Below, one piece after another: positions 12,800 to 25,595 of a stretch of DNA of 64,000 nt (its first letter is position 1; every line of letters starts with the position of its first letter). The position numbers and the translations under genes were made by a program. The notes beneath the pieces are model-generated. The model saw only the letters and a list, made by a program, of their open reading frames with translations, was not told the origin of the DNA and ran no database searches. Source of the stretch: Octopus bimaculoides (Eukaryota); contig NC_068982.1 of the NCBI RefSeq assembly GCF_001194135.2, forward strand, positions 70,109,244-70,173,243. The letters are read 5' to 3'.

Positions 12800-13005
12800 G
12801 GCTTATAAAAACATTCAATATACCTTGTAGTATATTACAGCTGCATAATGAGATACAGTGTCCCTACAGGTCATTAATTATAACTGAGTGAACTGGTGCA
12901 ATGTGAAATGAAATGTTTTGCTCAAGAACAGCTCGGTCCAAGAATCAAAACTACAATCTTGTGACTGTAAGTGCAAGACCCTAACTACGATGCTACACGT
13001 CTTCA
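12800..13005 (-). mobile_element. tRNA-headed SINE fragment (family 5 head)
   Basis: Reverse complement reads gtagcatcgtagttagggtc...ttttgattc...ttcttgagcaaaacatttcatttcacattgcaccagttcactcag, homologous to 52765-52890. Confidence 0.6.
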
Positions 13006-13879
13006 GTAGGAAAGAATGGAATAAAGGGAAAAGGTGCGACAAAAATTACATACATGAAAAACATCTTACTTGTTCTTTTTTTTAATAACCAGATTTAATG
13101 AACAGGACAATGCAAAACTTATAACAATTAATTACCGAAGGTAATCAGAACTTGGCTACTCAGAAGCCTAATAAAACAAATGAAAGCCACACATTTGTAA
13201 TAGTGTAGAGTAGTAGGGAAACGATAATGCTAATTATGAGAAAGAGGTCAGCTGTAAGCAACTCAACCAATCGTTGTGTGTAACAGATCTGGCCCATTAT
13301 ATCATCATTATCTAATATCTGCTCCTCCATGCTGACAGGAGTTGGATGATCCAATATGATCAAATGAATTGAGGTACTGCATCATGTTACACTACCTGTT
13401 TTGGTAAGGCTACTATGGCGGGATGCTCTTCTTAATGCCAACCATTTTACACAGTGTACCAGGTGCTTTTTTTGCATGGCACCAGCACTTGTGAGGTTGC
13501 CTTGCAACTTGCAAGATTAAAGAACTTGATGGGAGAGAGTGAGTGAAGATTTTAGGTGATAAAAGAAGGTGAAATATAATGAGAGGGGTCAACTTATAAT
13601 AAGGAGAGAATAACAAAATAGTTACTCATGGTAGTGGGGGTGGGGTTACTGAAGGAACAGGGGAAAGGGAAGGGATTAATGTTGGAGTAGTAAGAGTGAT
13701 GAGGTGGGGTTGTATTGAAGGAGTCCAGGGTTATCCCACATTATGAAGGCAAGTACAAGTGTAAGATGAAAGATGTGGAGAGGAAGGGAGCATGAGAGAC
13801 AGAAAATAGATGAGAGTAGCAAGGATCCAGAGGGAGTCAGTGACGATGACAATAATGAATACATTAATAATAATTATTT

Positions 13880-14658
13880 CTCAATTAGGCACAAGGCCAG
13901 CAATTTTATGGGATGGGAGTTAACCAATTAATTTGATTCCAGTACTTGATTGGTACTTTATTTTATTGATTGTTTATTGATTTTGAAAGTGATAAAAAGC
14001 AAAGTAGATGCCAACAGTATTTGAACTCAATAATAATAATCCTTTCTACTAAAGGCACAAGGCCTGAAATTTAGTGGTGGGGAGGGGAGTAGTCGATTAC
14101 ATTGACCCTAGTGTTTCACTAGTACTTAATTTATCAACCTCGAAAGGATGAAAGGTAAATTCGACTTTGGCAGAATGTAAAGATGGATGAAATGCAGCTA
14201 AGCATTTTGCCCGAGATGTTAACGAGTCTGCCAGCTTGCTGCCTTAATAATGATTACTTCTGATATAGTTTCAGGGCCAAAAGTTTTCAGGGAAAAGGTT
14301 TAGTCAATTATATCATCCCCATTTCTTGACTGGTACTTCGATTTTATTACAGCAACATGGCAGGATTTGAACTCAGAATATAAATAACTGAAACTAGATA
14401 CTGTAATGTTCTAACAAGTTTGCCAATCCACCACAACAACAATAATAACGATAATAATAATGATAATGGTTTTAAATTTTGGCACAAGGCCAGCAAGTTT
14501 GTGGGAGGGAGCAAGTCAGTTACACATACCCCAGTGCTCAACTGGTACTTATTTTTTCGTCCCCGAAAGGATGAAAGGCAAAGTTGACCTTGGCAGAATT
14601 TGAACTCAGAACATAAAAATGGAAAAATGCTGCTAAGTATTTTGTCCAGCTTGCCGTC

Positions 14659-14700
<42 letters not shown>

Positions 14701-14929
14701 GCAGCAGCAGCAGCAGCAGTAGTACTAGTAACAACAATAATTCTAATTTTTGGCACAAGGCCAGCAATTCTGAATGGAAGGGGCAAGTTGATTATATTAA
14801 CCCCAATGCTCAGCTGGTACTTGTTTTATTGACCCCAAAAGGATGATCTGAAATTAGAACACAGAGCCAGAAGAAATGGTGCTAAGCATTTTGTCCAGCA
14901 CAGTAATGATTCTGCCAGTTCACTGCCTA

Positions 14930-14975
<46 letters not shown>

Positions 14976-15400
14976 GTTTCAAATTTTGGCACATGATCAG
15001 CAAGTTCAGTGGGGGGGGGGGTTGATTAAATTGACCCCAGTGCACAACTGGTACTTATTTTATCAACCTCAGAAGGATGAAAGGCAAAGTCGACCTCAGT
15101 GGAATTTGAACTTAGAACAGAACAACATGAAATGTCACTAAGTATTTTTGCCTAGCATGCTAACAATTCTGCCAGTTCACTGCCTAAAAAATAATAATGG
15201 TTTCAAATTTTAGTTCAAGGCCAGCAATTTTTAGAAGAAGGGATATAAGTTGATTACATCAGCCCCAGTATTTGACTGGTACTTTATTTTACTGACCCTA
15301 AAAGAATGAAAGGCAAAATCAACCTTGGCAACAGAGCATGAAGAAATACTGCAAGTCATATTTCCAAAGCTCTAATGATTCTGCAAGCTCATCAACTTAA
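13880..15400 (-). mobile_element. Head-to-tail array of about 7 SINE family 4 copies separated by (AAT)n
   Basis: Repeated module ggcacaaggcc...gaccccagt...gaaaggatgaaaggcaaagtcgacct...gaatttgaactcagaa...ctgccagc..gcctta; head carries A-box-like tggcagaatc and B-box-like gagttcaaattcc. Confidence 0.9.
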
Positions 15401-15533
15401 TAATTATAATACTGGCTCACATGCCATAATAGAATTATAACAGTAAATTAGAAACACTATTTCTACAAAAAAAATTCTTTAATGAAACAGAAACAAGCAC
15501 AGTTGTTGGGGAAAAAGAGAAACAAAAACTTAC

Positions 15534-15678
15534 ATTGGTTTTTTCTTGAATTTGTTGGCTCTTGGAGACAAGACAACAACAGGATCATCGTCATCATCAT
15601 CATCATCTTCGTCACTGCTTAGATGTTTCTTCACACGTTGATAAGATACAGTTTGCACTTTCTTCGAAGGAATCGGAT
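15534..15678 (-). CDS. Host gene exon 9: (D)PIPSKKVQTVSYQRVKKHLSSDEDDDDDDDDPVVVLSPRANKFKKKP
   Basis: Acceptor tttttatctcacag, donor AT|gtaagt; 145 nt, phase 1 to 2; ORF track 15530-15781. Confidence 0.9.
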
Positions 15679-16421
15679 CTGTGAGATAAAAAATAAATAG
15701 ATATTGAGTCACTAAAAAAATTAGCTGAAGTGTGAATATTTTAAATATTGACATACTATGAAGGGAAAGTACTTCAGTCATTATCTTCTCAAATATATTA
15801 AATTTACAATAATGCTATGCATGAACAGTGAAGTATGCTCCCTTGCTCCTTTATCAAACTAATATTCATTAACAAATGGCAGTATAAAAATGCTGTCACC
15901 ATTATCAACCAATAATTGTCATTGTTGTCTTGCATAGGTTAAATGAAATTCATTGAAGCAGGTCGTCTACAGCAGGAGGAAATTCAAAGAAAAAGAAGCC
16001 CATCATATTGTGTGTTTGTGTGTGTGTGTGTGTGTGCACATGCACATGCACACTTGTCTCCTTGTCTTGACATTATGAGATAATTGTAAACAAGTGTCAC
16101 TGACATACAAGCAGTGTCATTCATTTCTAATATTCTATCAAAAAGTTTGGGCATGGGGAAATATTGCTTGGAAGCAAGTGAGGTTTGGTGACCAGTTTGG
16201 ATATCCAACTGTTGCAAATCTACTTCAATAAATTCCATTTGAACCATGCAAACATAGAAAAGTGGATGTTAAAGGAATAATGATAATGGTTTAGGTATAT
16301 GCTGATAAGTTTTAAAATACTCAAATATGAATACACAAACATGAAACCAAAAGATTAAACACTGTTTTGAAATACTAGAAGTGGAGAATATATTTAATAA
16401 ACAATAACAGCAACAACTCAC

Positions 16422-16905
16422 CAGTGCTGTCCATATGCTCGTGTAAAATGGACAAATCCAGTGGTGGAACCATTGTTTTACGATTGTTGTTAGGAGAATA
16501 ACAAGGAGAATGTTTCTCATCACGCTCGCACATGTCATCATTTTCTTCATCCCGGTTCTGACTGCTAAGATGCATATCTAAGAAACCGATACGCGATTTA
16601 GGGTGTTTAGCAGCACTGTCTGTGTTCTCATCCTCTTCACAAGATGATGAGGAAGTACTGGAAATATCTGCAGTGTTCGCTGATACCATTTCCACAAGAT
16701 GAGGGTGCTTTGGGTTATATTGTACAGCATTGCAATTGTTATCTGCCGTCGAGGTGCCCATGTGTGTACGGACAGATCCCCGTATGTAGGATGTGTGCTC
16801 AGGCATTGTAGAAGAAGATTTGCTACAGTCCAGCTTAAAATAGGGTTTGTTCTGATTCTGACACCGTGTGCTACTTGAAGGACTAGAAGTTGATGACTTA
16901 TGAGT
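16422..16905 (-). CDS. Host gene exon 8 (484 nt): THKSSTSSPSS...MVPPLDLSILHEHMDST(G)
   Basis: Acceptor ttttctttctttcag, donor G|gtgagt; open frame (ORF track 16375-16938); phase 0 to 1. Confidence 0.93.
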
Positions 16906-17102
16906 CTGAAAGAAAGAAAAGAAAAATTTGATCATCATTTAGTCTTTATTTAAAATGTTCAATAAGAACTGTAAATTAGACTAAATGATTATTTATAAAG
17001 TTAAAATTGACAAATTAAAATATCTTTACAAGTTTCTTGCTTAGTTTCTAACTTGAATAATAATTTCCAAAATATTTAAAAATTTTGTTATCATATTTCA
17101 GT

Positions 17103-17330
17103 TTAACATTTTAGCGTTCAGATTACTCTGTCAAGTGTAATGCGTATTTATTCTCATTGTTTTGAATTAATCATGCATTATCTCATAGCTTCGAGATATC
17201 AATGATGTGATTGTTTATTGTTAGCATGACATTGTAGAGTGGGTGTGAGAGGTCAGACATGACTGATTTGAACATAAAACAGGTAGAATATTTGGGCTGG
17301 ATATGATCAGTTTAAATACTAAAGAGTTAA
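17103..17330 (-). mobile_element. MITE family A copy, reverse orientation
   Basis: ttaacattttagcgttcagattactctgtca ... tttaaatactaaagagttaa. Confidence 0.8.
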
Positions 17331-18861
17331 AAAAAAAACACAGCTTTTGTTTCAATCAATTTCAAAAATAATTTAGTAGAATAACTCAGTTAGTGTCTGG
17401 AGCATAAACTTTATGAAATTTCAACAGTTTTAATTTAGTTCACTTCAAATTATGAAGTTTCTGTCATATAATCAGAGGCAATCTCAGGTGGTTTGGTATC
17501 AAAATGTTTAACAAAAAAATATATGGATTGTGTTTCACCCAATTTCTATAAGACGGTAGATCATTAGTAAAATATCCAGTGAGAAATATAAATATTATTG
17601 ACATGATTTTGAATCTTAATTCTGTTAATTCAGTTACCTCCTATAGAACTTCTGTACAATTTGTATGGGATAATAGGTGGTCAATGTTAGGTCCTAGGCA
17701 AGAAGATCAAGCACCATATCCTTAGTTATTTTGACTACAAGACCAAAGTATGTATGGTTAAAAGAAAATAGAATAAATCTATTGAAAAAAAAAATGGTGT
17801 CTTTTGTCATGAACCAAAGAATATTTTAGGTCTTTTTTTTTTCCTCTAATGATTTTGTCTCAAGGTTTGAGGCCACTGTAGTATAAGGGACTACAAAGAA
17901 GGAACGGAGTGGGGTCCTACAAATTCAAAAACTGTCAACAGAAAGCTTATGAAATGACTATCATAGGCCAAAAAAATACAATACAATGATAATGAGTTCC
18001 GGAGAAATATTATGAGGAAAGAAGCTACCTGAATAAAAAGACTTATGACTGAGGGGAAGCACAACAGAGAAATGATACATCTGAAGCAAGTGAGATGTTT
18101 CAAGATTTTGACAGAGGCTTACTAGACCAGAAAGTTCATCAGAGCAATGACCAGTACAAATGACACAGTCAATTTATTAATATTTGAGAATTAATGCTTA
18201 AGAAATTTTTATAGGCTAAAACAACAATTATGAGATACATAGAGAGAGAAGGGTGGTGGTGATTGGCAAGGGGATGATAATGACTTTATGTTTCAATTAT
18301 TTTTATAGTTGTGTCAGTTATGCTAAAATCTAGAGAGATAGAAAGTGAATCTAAAGAAAAATATAAAGGGGATGTAATGGCCTCAAAAGAATTAACTTGA
18401 ACGAAATAATTAAATTACATGAACGAATGAACAAAAAAATATTAGATTGCAAAGAAATTTAAATCCTAAAATGTTTAATTAAATAATTCAATGTCTCACC
18501 AAGGAAATTTACTTCACAATAAATAAATAAGTACACACACACACATGATTAAACAGACCCCTAAGAGACTGGTGTTGATCTATGTAAGCAAGACTTGTAT
18601 TAAAAAAAAACAAAAAAAAAACAATGGAAAGAGTACAGTGAACTTGCTGAAGGGAGTGAAAAATCCAGTGTTTTGAACAGAGTCCTTTTTCAGGGAAATG
18701 TTGACAGAAGACAAAAGAGAAATTAAGTAGAGTTTAAGATTGTCTAAGTTAGAAAAAACAGTCTGCTTTTTGACTTCAGTTGTTGACAAGTTCTGTAATA
18801 ATACCGTTCATACATAGTGTGAACATTTGTTTAAAAGCAAACATGCTGAATTTTTACTTAC

Positions 18862-18976
18862 ATGATGGTCAACAGACAATGGATGTTTGAGTAAACCAGA
18901 CTGAGGCAGCAAGATATTATCCATGGTTGAGGACTCAAACTTGTGACAAATTGCATCAGAGTCAGGATCAGCCCAA
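18862..18976 (-). CDS. Host gene exon 7: (C)WADPDSDAICHKFESSTMDNILLPQSGLLKHPLSVDHH
   Basis: Acceptor tttttcattcttttaag, donor CAT|gtaagt; 115 nt, phase 2 to 0. Confidence 0.88.
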
Positions 18977-20109
18977 CTTAAAAGAATGAAAAACAGATTT
19001 CCAATTATTGCCATTATATGAAATTTCCTAATAAAAATAGTGTAATGCAATATTGCACAGCACTAATACCATTTAAAAGTAGTAAAAATAATTAAGTTAA
19101 TTTTGCTTATTCGATTGATAAGAGTTGATAAACTGGGAAACATTTTATTTATACTGACAACGACATAAGCAAAATTATTAGATAAGCACCAACAGTAGTA
19201 ACAATATAAAACTATGGAAGACTATAAGGAGGATAAATCAAATTTTTTTAATCCTATTTTACATACAAACATTTACAGTTTTCACTTTGTAAATTAAATC
19301 TGTAATGTACATATGTATTTCAACTTAATTAAAATCCCAACAATTGGTAATTCAATTATACAATGTTATGCCACTAAATTCAATTAAAGTGCTGCTACAC
19401 AGCAGCTAAAGCTGCTAGATATAGTTACCAGACATCCCTCAAATCACTCTCTATTGACTTAAAAAAAAAGAGGGAACAAAACACCAATGTCATTCTGGAT
19501 TCTCTTAAAAAACAGGATGGTCACAGTTAGAATATCTCTGAACATAGCTTTGACAAATTAAGGCTGACCTGGGACAAAAAGACAACAGCAGGTATCTTTC
19601 TATACCTTCTGCTCCTCTGAATTATCAAGTTACATACAACCTCCATTGAAGCCCACTTGATGCGCCCTCTTTCCCTCCATTCATCTCCACCTTGTTTCCA
19701 CCTACTCCAAATCCTGTGTTTGGTGCACCAAACACTCCCTGCTCCCAATTGTCCTTGCTTGAAACTAAAGCTCCCTGCTAGAACCCACTCTCTACACAGG
19801 TTTTAAACTGAAATATAAATCTTCAAATGTTCAAACAAAATATCAAGCTCATCAAAGTCATCACTTTGGTGAGGAAGCGGGTTCTACAAGGTGACTGGCA
19901 CCGCCCCTCCTTGTCTCATTTGAAATATCTTTATAGTAATATCAAGAACAATCGGACACCTGCTATTTGCTTTAAAATAAAATTAAAATTCAAGAAACAT
20001 CAACAAACCATTTTGAATTTATCTCAAAGCTAGACAAAACAACATTACATAATAATTAAGCAGCAATAATTTCTTGAAACATGTAGTTAAAAATTAAAAA
20101 ATGGCTTAC

Positions 20110-20234
20110 CATTCAATAGTTCCATGCCGAGGACTGTAATGTGGTTGTTGAGTTTCATTTATGTTTTTCATTTGGTTAGCCACAGTTGAATGCTGTAGAG
20201 GTCGTCTACTTTTAGGGCTCACAATATCTTCTCC
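20110..20234 (-). CDS. Host gene exon 6: GEDIVSPKSRRPLQHSTVANQMKNINETQQPHYSPRHGTIE
   Basis: Acceptor atatttccag, donor TG|gtaagc; 125 nt, phase 0 to 2; only this frame is open. Confidence 0.88.
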
Positions 20235-20982
20235 CTGGAAATATATTTTGTTTAGTTTAATAAAGGATATAATATGGGATAGCTTTCAGTCAAACATGGC
20301 ATCCTATCTAATACTCAAGTAATTGCACTAATCTACCACTGTGGACAGGTGTTTTATTTAATTAACTCCAAAAGGAGAGAAGGCAAAATTGACTTCAGAG
20401 CATTGGATCATGGAATGCTGGAATAAATGTAGCAAGACATCCTGTCCAACACTCTAAAGACTGCTTTTCAAATGAAAAATTATTCACCTCAACTTGCTTT
20501 TGAAATCATGTAACATTTTGTCCAGTGATATCCCTATTTCCTCTAATAAATTAATAAATATTAATCAATGTTACATCTCTCTCTCTATATATATATGTTG
20601 GTACGGCTGTTTCTGTATATGTGGAAAGTGTTATGACACATCCTTTTGATATACACACACACACATCCCTTATGTTGTGGATACCTCAGGTTATGTGATT
20701 TCCAGCTTACAGAAATTGAAAAGTATGACTATTGATTTCAGGATACAGTCTGTAATTTCGCTCTTACAGAATTTTGTATTGCATAGTTTTAAATTGTTAA
20801 CAATTTAAGATTATACTTTCTTCTTAGCTCAATGGCCACTTGCATTTTATTTAAAATCAAAGTATATAGTTAACAGTTTGAAAAACCATCATCACATTAC
20901 ACACCCACAGATGTACATATATTGTACATAATGTGTGTGTGTGTGTGTGTGTGTGTGAATGTATTTATATATATGTGTGTGT

Positions 20983-21018
<36 letters not shown>

Positions 21019-21028
21019 NNNNNNNNNN

Positions 21029-21238
21029 TAAGAAAGAAAGAAAGAAAGAAGAAAAGAAAAAAGAAAGAAAGAAATTAAGTAAGGAAGGAAGGAGAGAGGG
21101 AGGGAGGAAAGAAAGACAGAAAGAAGACAGAAAGGATGAAAGAAAGAAAAAGAAAGAAAGAAAAAGAAAGAAAGAAAGAAAAAGAAAGAAAGAAAGAAAA
21201 AGAAAGAAAGAAAGAAAAAGAAAGAAAGAAAGAAAAAT
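21029..21238. repeat. (AAAG)n/(GGAA)n polypurine tract next to (TA)n and an N gap
   Basis: Direct reading; N run at 21019-21028. Confidence 0.95.
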
Positions 21239-21874
21239 AATTATAAATTAAAAAAACAATTTTAATCATATATAATTGTTGTGTAGAATTCAAATACATG
21301 CCAGTCAGTACATATTTCAAAGAAACAAGCTAAGTCAGTTTCTTGGTAAATTTGTATGAACTTGTGGAACATACTACAGCTTCCTAGTAATTTAACCAAG
21401 TTAAAGGATTATGTATGTAACTATTGAAAAATTCAACAATAATAGGTAAATTGAGTATATGATTAGAGCAGATGAAGATGGAGACTGAAGCATTCTAAAG
21501 ATTGTGATTTTCCAAAACCTAACAAGTGAGGTTAACCATCAAAAATCAAATTATCATCATTAAGAATAAAGAAATTTGCTAGATACTGAAAATTTTCACT
21601 GAAATTATTTTATGTAAATAATTTGGCATATGTATAATTGCTTGTTTAACACATAATGAGAGAAGTGATTTGCTTTCAAAAATAAATAGAAATAATGTGT
21701 TTGCATGTGTTCTCTATCGTTCAATTTTATTCATTTACAATTTGAAGATTCATAAAAATTGAACATTTGCACGCAATTTTTAGTGCAATTCTTCTTCAAA
21801 CAATATTCAATCAACTGTAATGTCAGTATGGTAATTATTTTCAAGATAGAGCAAAACAAAATAATATTCCTGGC

Positions 21875-22060
21875 TTAACCTTTTAGCATTTAAACTGACC
21901 ATATCAGACCCAAAAATTCTGTTTTATGTCCAAACTGCCAGATCTGGCATTGTAAAAATAAATAATCACATCATAGAAATCTCATAGCTATGAGATAATG
22001 TATGACTAATTCAAAACAATGTAGGTAAATAAGCATTACATTTAACAGAGTAATCTGTTA
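21875..22060 (+). mobile_element. MITE family A copy, 3'-truncated
   Basis: ttaaccttttagcatttaaactgaccatatc... to gagtaatctg. Confidence 0.75.
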
Positions 22061-22541
22061 AATGTAATGAGAAAAAAATGATGGTGGCTGGTTTTGAATT
22101 TGCAACAAAAATTCAATATTACAACCTTTCAATGAAACAATTGTTTCTAAATTTGTCTTTAATATGATAAATTCCTTATAAATTAACTTTTGATTTTTTT
22201 TAATTGTAAGTCTGTATACTCCATGGTAAACTTAGACATTGATGAATACATTGTTACTGAATTACTTTTTACAAACACACTGATGTATACAGTAACAATT
22301 AACTTCTACCATTCAACCTCTAAAGAGAACTTGATTCATATGAGAGCAAGACATTACTCAAATATGGAAGAGCAACTCTATTTTTGAAGTGCATAAAGAT
22401 GGAAAGGATAATATAAGAAAATAAAGGTTCCACACAGAGACAGGACAGAAATACCAAGATAGTGTGTATGCCTGTATGTGTATGTGTGTGTGTGAATATA
22501 TAACAGTAATAGGTTAGAGAGCGATAAATAAAACAACTTAC

Positions 22542-22656
22542 CTGTATTCCAATACTGGAACCACTGATTTCATTTGCTGTTCTGGTGCATTTGGTTTTCT
22601 GGCGCTTTGGATCAATAACTGATGACTTGTTTAAATCGAAAGCATGGTCAGGACTC
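22542..22656 (-). CDS. Host gene exon 5: (K)SPDHAFDLNKSSVIDPKRQKTKCTRTANEISGSSIGIQ
   Basis: Acceptor ttacttgttactatccag, donor CAG|gtaagt; 115 nt, phase 2 to 0. Confidence 0.9.
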
Positions 22657-23299
22657 CTGGATAGTAACAAGTAATAATTTTTTTTTACCTTTTGACTTTT
22701 TTTTTTTTTTATAATTTTGAATGTCAAAAATAAGAGCATCTGTATTTATAGCAATAATTCAGAATTGAAAATGTCAGTGTACATTTACAGAAAATTAGTT
22801 TAAGAGCCAAAAAAACAAAAAACAAAATAGAAAAAAAAATTTCTATCGATCCAGACCATTTCCACCAAGATTTTCAAGTATTCAATGTAAATGTTGTTAT
22901 GAATGACAAGCAAATAACAAAACCTGTTGCTTTTTTTTTTTTTTTTCAAAATTTCATAGTGAATGAATAACTTTTTTTCATAGATGGTTTGCTTTTTTTA
23001 AATAAAATATATTTATAAAATATATTTGTACACATATATACTTAAATAGAGTCTATATTTAAACTGCCTTACTTTTGAATAAGAAATCAATTTTTCTTTT
23101 TTTTTTTTTTTTCCTTCATTTAAAAATTAATTGGAGCACATGTTTTTAGAATTAAAACAAGACATCACTCATTAGACAAATTCAACTTATCATAGAAAAA
23201 CCTAGCTACTAGTGTGTATAAAAGTAAAATTTCCAGAGCAGATAAAGAAACTAACAGATGCATTCTAAATTCATAATCACATAAAATGCAGCATTTTGC

Positions 23300-24229
23300 A
23301 ACTAATTGTTATACACCTGGGCACAAAGTATCCAAATACTAGGTTGATAGTACTGACTAACTTTCTCTCTTTGAAATTGCTGGCCTTGTGCCAAAATTTG
23401 AAATGATTATTATTCTTTCAAAGCAGGGAGCTGGCAAATCGTTAGCAAGCTGGGCAAAATGCATAGCAGCATTTCGTCCATCTTTACATTCTGAGTTTAA
23501 AATCCGCCAAGGTAGACTTTGCCTTTCATCCTTTCATGGTCAATAAATTAAGTACCGATGAAACACTGGGGATGATGTAATCAATCGGCCCCCTCCTATA
23601 AAATTTCAGGCCTTGTACCTTTAGTAGAAAGGATTATTATCATTATTAAGGAGATGAGCTGGCAGAATCATTAGCACATCAGGCAACATGCTTAGTGGCA
23701 TTTAATCCATCTTTATGTTCCAAGTTCAAATGCTGCTGAGGTTGATTTTCCCTTTCATCCTTACAAGGTTGATACAATAAGTACCAAACCACTGCCACCA
23801 CCACCACCATCATTATCAAGGTGGTGAGCTGGCAGAGCTGTTAGCACACCAGACAACATGCTTAGCAGCATTTCATTCTGAGTTCAAATTTTGCCAACAT
23901 TGACTTTGCCTTTCATCCTTTTAGGGTCACTGAAATAAGTACCAGTTGAGCAATGGAGTTAATTATATCAACTTATGCACCTCCCCCAAAATTGGTGGCC
24001 TTGTGCCAAAATTTGAAACCATTACTATTATTATTCAGGGCAGCAAACTGGCAGAAGTGTTACTGCACTGGTCAGTGGCATTTCTTCCGACTTTACATTC
24101 AAAATTTAGATGCTGCCAAGGTCAACACTGCCTTTCATACTTTCAGGGTCGATAAAATTAGCACCAGCAGAACACTGGGGTTGATGTAGTCGACTTCCTC
24201 TCCCCTTACCTTGCATCTAAACCTGAAAC

Positions 24230-24240
<11 letters not shown>
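23300..24240 (+). mobile_element. Head-to-tail array of about 5 SINE family 4 copies with (ATT)n linkers
   Basis: Repeated gagctggcagaa...gagttcaaat...tttgcctttcatcc...ggccttgtgccaaaatttgaa-(att)n. Confidence 0.88.
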
Positions 24241-24268
<28 letters not shown>

Positions 24269-24826
24269 GATAGAGTGAGAGAGCAACACATGCCATCAAA
24301 GTGACACTGGGGTACAAGTATACGAAGCCCAATATACACATCATGATTATCCATCTGATAAGGGTACACCAGGCACATGCATCACAACCACATATGCACG
24401 ACATGATCTTATATCAAGATAAACAGCACATGACCTTGCAGGTAGGGCCCAGTTAAAATTTTCTTCAAGTCAAGGAGCCCATCCTACTCAAAAGATCCCT
24501 GAATAAGGACTGTTTAAGGATGTTGAACGAAACAACCATGTTTCCAGAGGTGAATTATTCAAACTCCAAAGAATTCCTCTCAAAACATGGCTATGATGCT
24601 TCCCCACTACTTCTGCTCATGATCAGAAATGCACATATTGTCAGCTACTAAGAGACATGCTTAATTGATTAAGGTAAAAAAACTAACAAGCAAATCTGTG
24701 ATATTAAGCAGAATCTTTGCTGTAGCACATCTTCTACACCAAGACAAAACATGCACATGATAACACTTCCAACCAGTTAAGATCAGAAACCATGAGAACC
24801 AGTGCCTGGTATTGCATCAGGGCATT
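24269..24826 (-). mobile_element. Probable interspersed repeat (possible LINE 3' UTR) bounded by (ATT)n on both sides
   Basis: About 560 bp of higher-complexity non-coding sequence between att tracts. Only one copy in the window; repeat status rests on recollection of a similar octopus repeat. Confidence 0.4.
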
Positions 24827-25161
24827 TATTATTACCACCACCTTAATGAAGGCAGAAGTATTGTTTTCAGTCATGTTTGTTTGTTTGTCTGTGGACAAAA
24901 TATCTCAAGAACCACAGGATGGATTTGGATGAAACTTTCAGGGATGTTTAGCCTCATGACTGGCACAAACTGATTAGATTTGGGGTTCAATCCGGTACCG
25001 GACAAGGTTTCTGGATTATTTTTCCGTTTATTTTACTTAATATTTGAGAGCAGTCAAGTTCATTTCAGATATTCTTATTTTTAAAATTATCTCCAGCTAA
25101 CTGTTGAGAGGACGTTGGTGTTGCCTTGGTGGAGGTTTGCACTCTCTGAGTGCTCTTGTTT
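24827..25161 (+). mobile_element. Helentron-type non-autonomous element (HINE/DINE-1-like)
   Basis: 5' ttattaccaccaccttaatgaaggcagaag, internal gtttgtttgtttgtctgt, 3' subterminal ccttggtggagg then perfect hairpin gcactc-tct-gagtgc (25139-25153), in TT context. Confidence 0.65.
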
Positions 25162-25174
25162 ATAATAATAATTA

Positions 25175-25595
25175 TTATTATTCAACATTTGATAGTTTCA
25201 GGCAAATTTCTACTGCATCACTTGCTACACCTCTATCTTACTAAGGTGTGTGCAGCATTGTGTGTTCTTTTTCATTGTTGGAAGAGTGCAAACTTTTCCC
25301 AGTATTGTATTGCATCAGTTTGTTTTGTTATGGAGTTTGGTTGCAGTCTTTTGTTGTATTAGTGTTTGTATTGTGTGTTGTGTGTGTAATGTAAGCTGTT
25401 CTTCATTTGAGTATTTGGCCTGCAGTGTTCATTTTGTGAGGGTCGTTTATTTTACTGGATATTTATTGTACAGGGTGTGCCTTGTGTTTGCAGGTTGTTT
25501 TATTTGGATTGTACTATTAAATTGATTGTGTCTTGCATAGGATGTGGGCTGTTCCTAGGAGGGCTATTTTTTGGAGAATGTGTAGTGTGTTGTTA
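25175..25595 (-). mobile_element. R4/Dong-like non-LTR retrotransposon 3' end
   Basis: Minus frame TLHILQKIALLGTAHILCKTQSI* (stop 25517-25519), a REL-type endonuclease C-terminal motif, then about 340 bp of 3' UTR ending in (AAT)n. Confidence 0.8.

Noticed and set aside
13136-13363. Hydrophobic 67-aa ORF or 32-nt mini-exon between exons 9 and 10
   Set aside because: Exons 9 and 10 join in frame without it; 32 nt would shift the frame; it adjoins a decayed SINE.
20922-21320. K/E/R-rich and F/S/L-rich ORFs (also the HT, CV and ER repeat ORFs elsewhere)
   Set aside because: Translations of microsatellites, some spanning N gaps.
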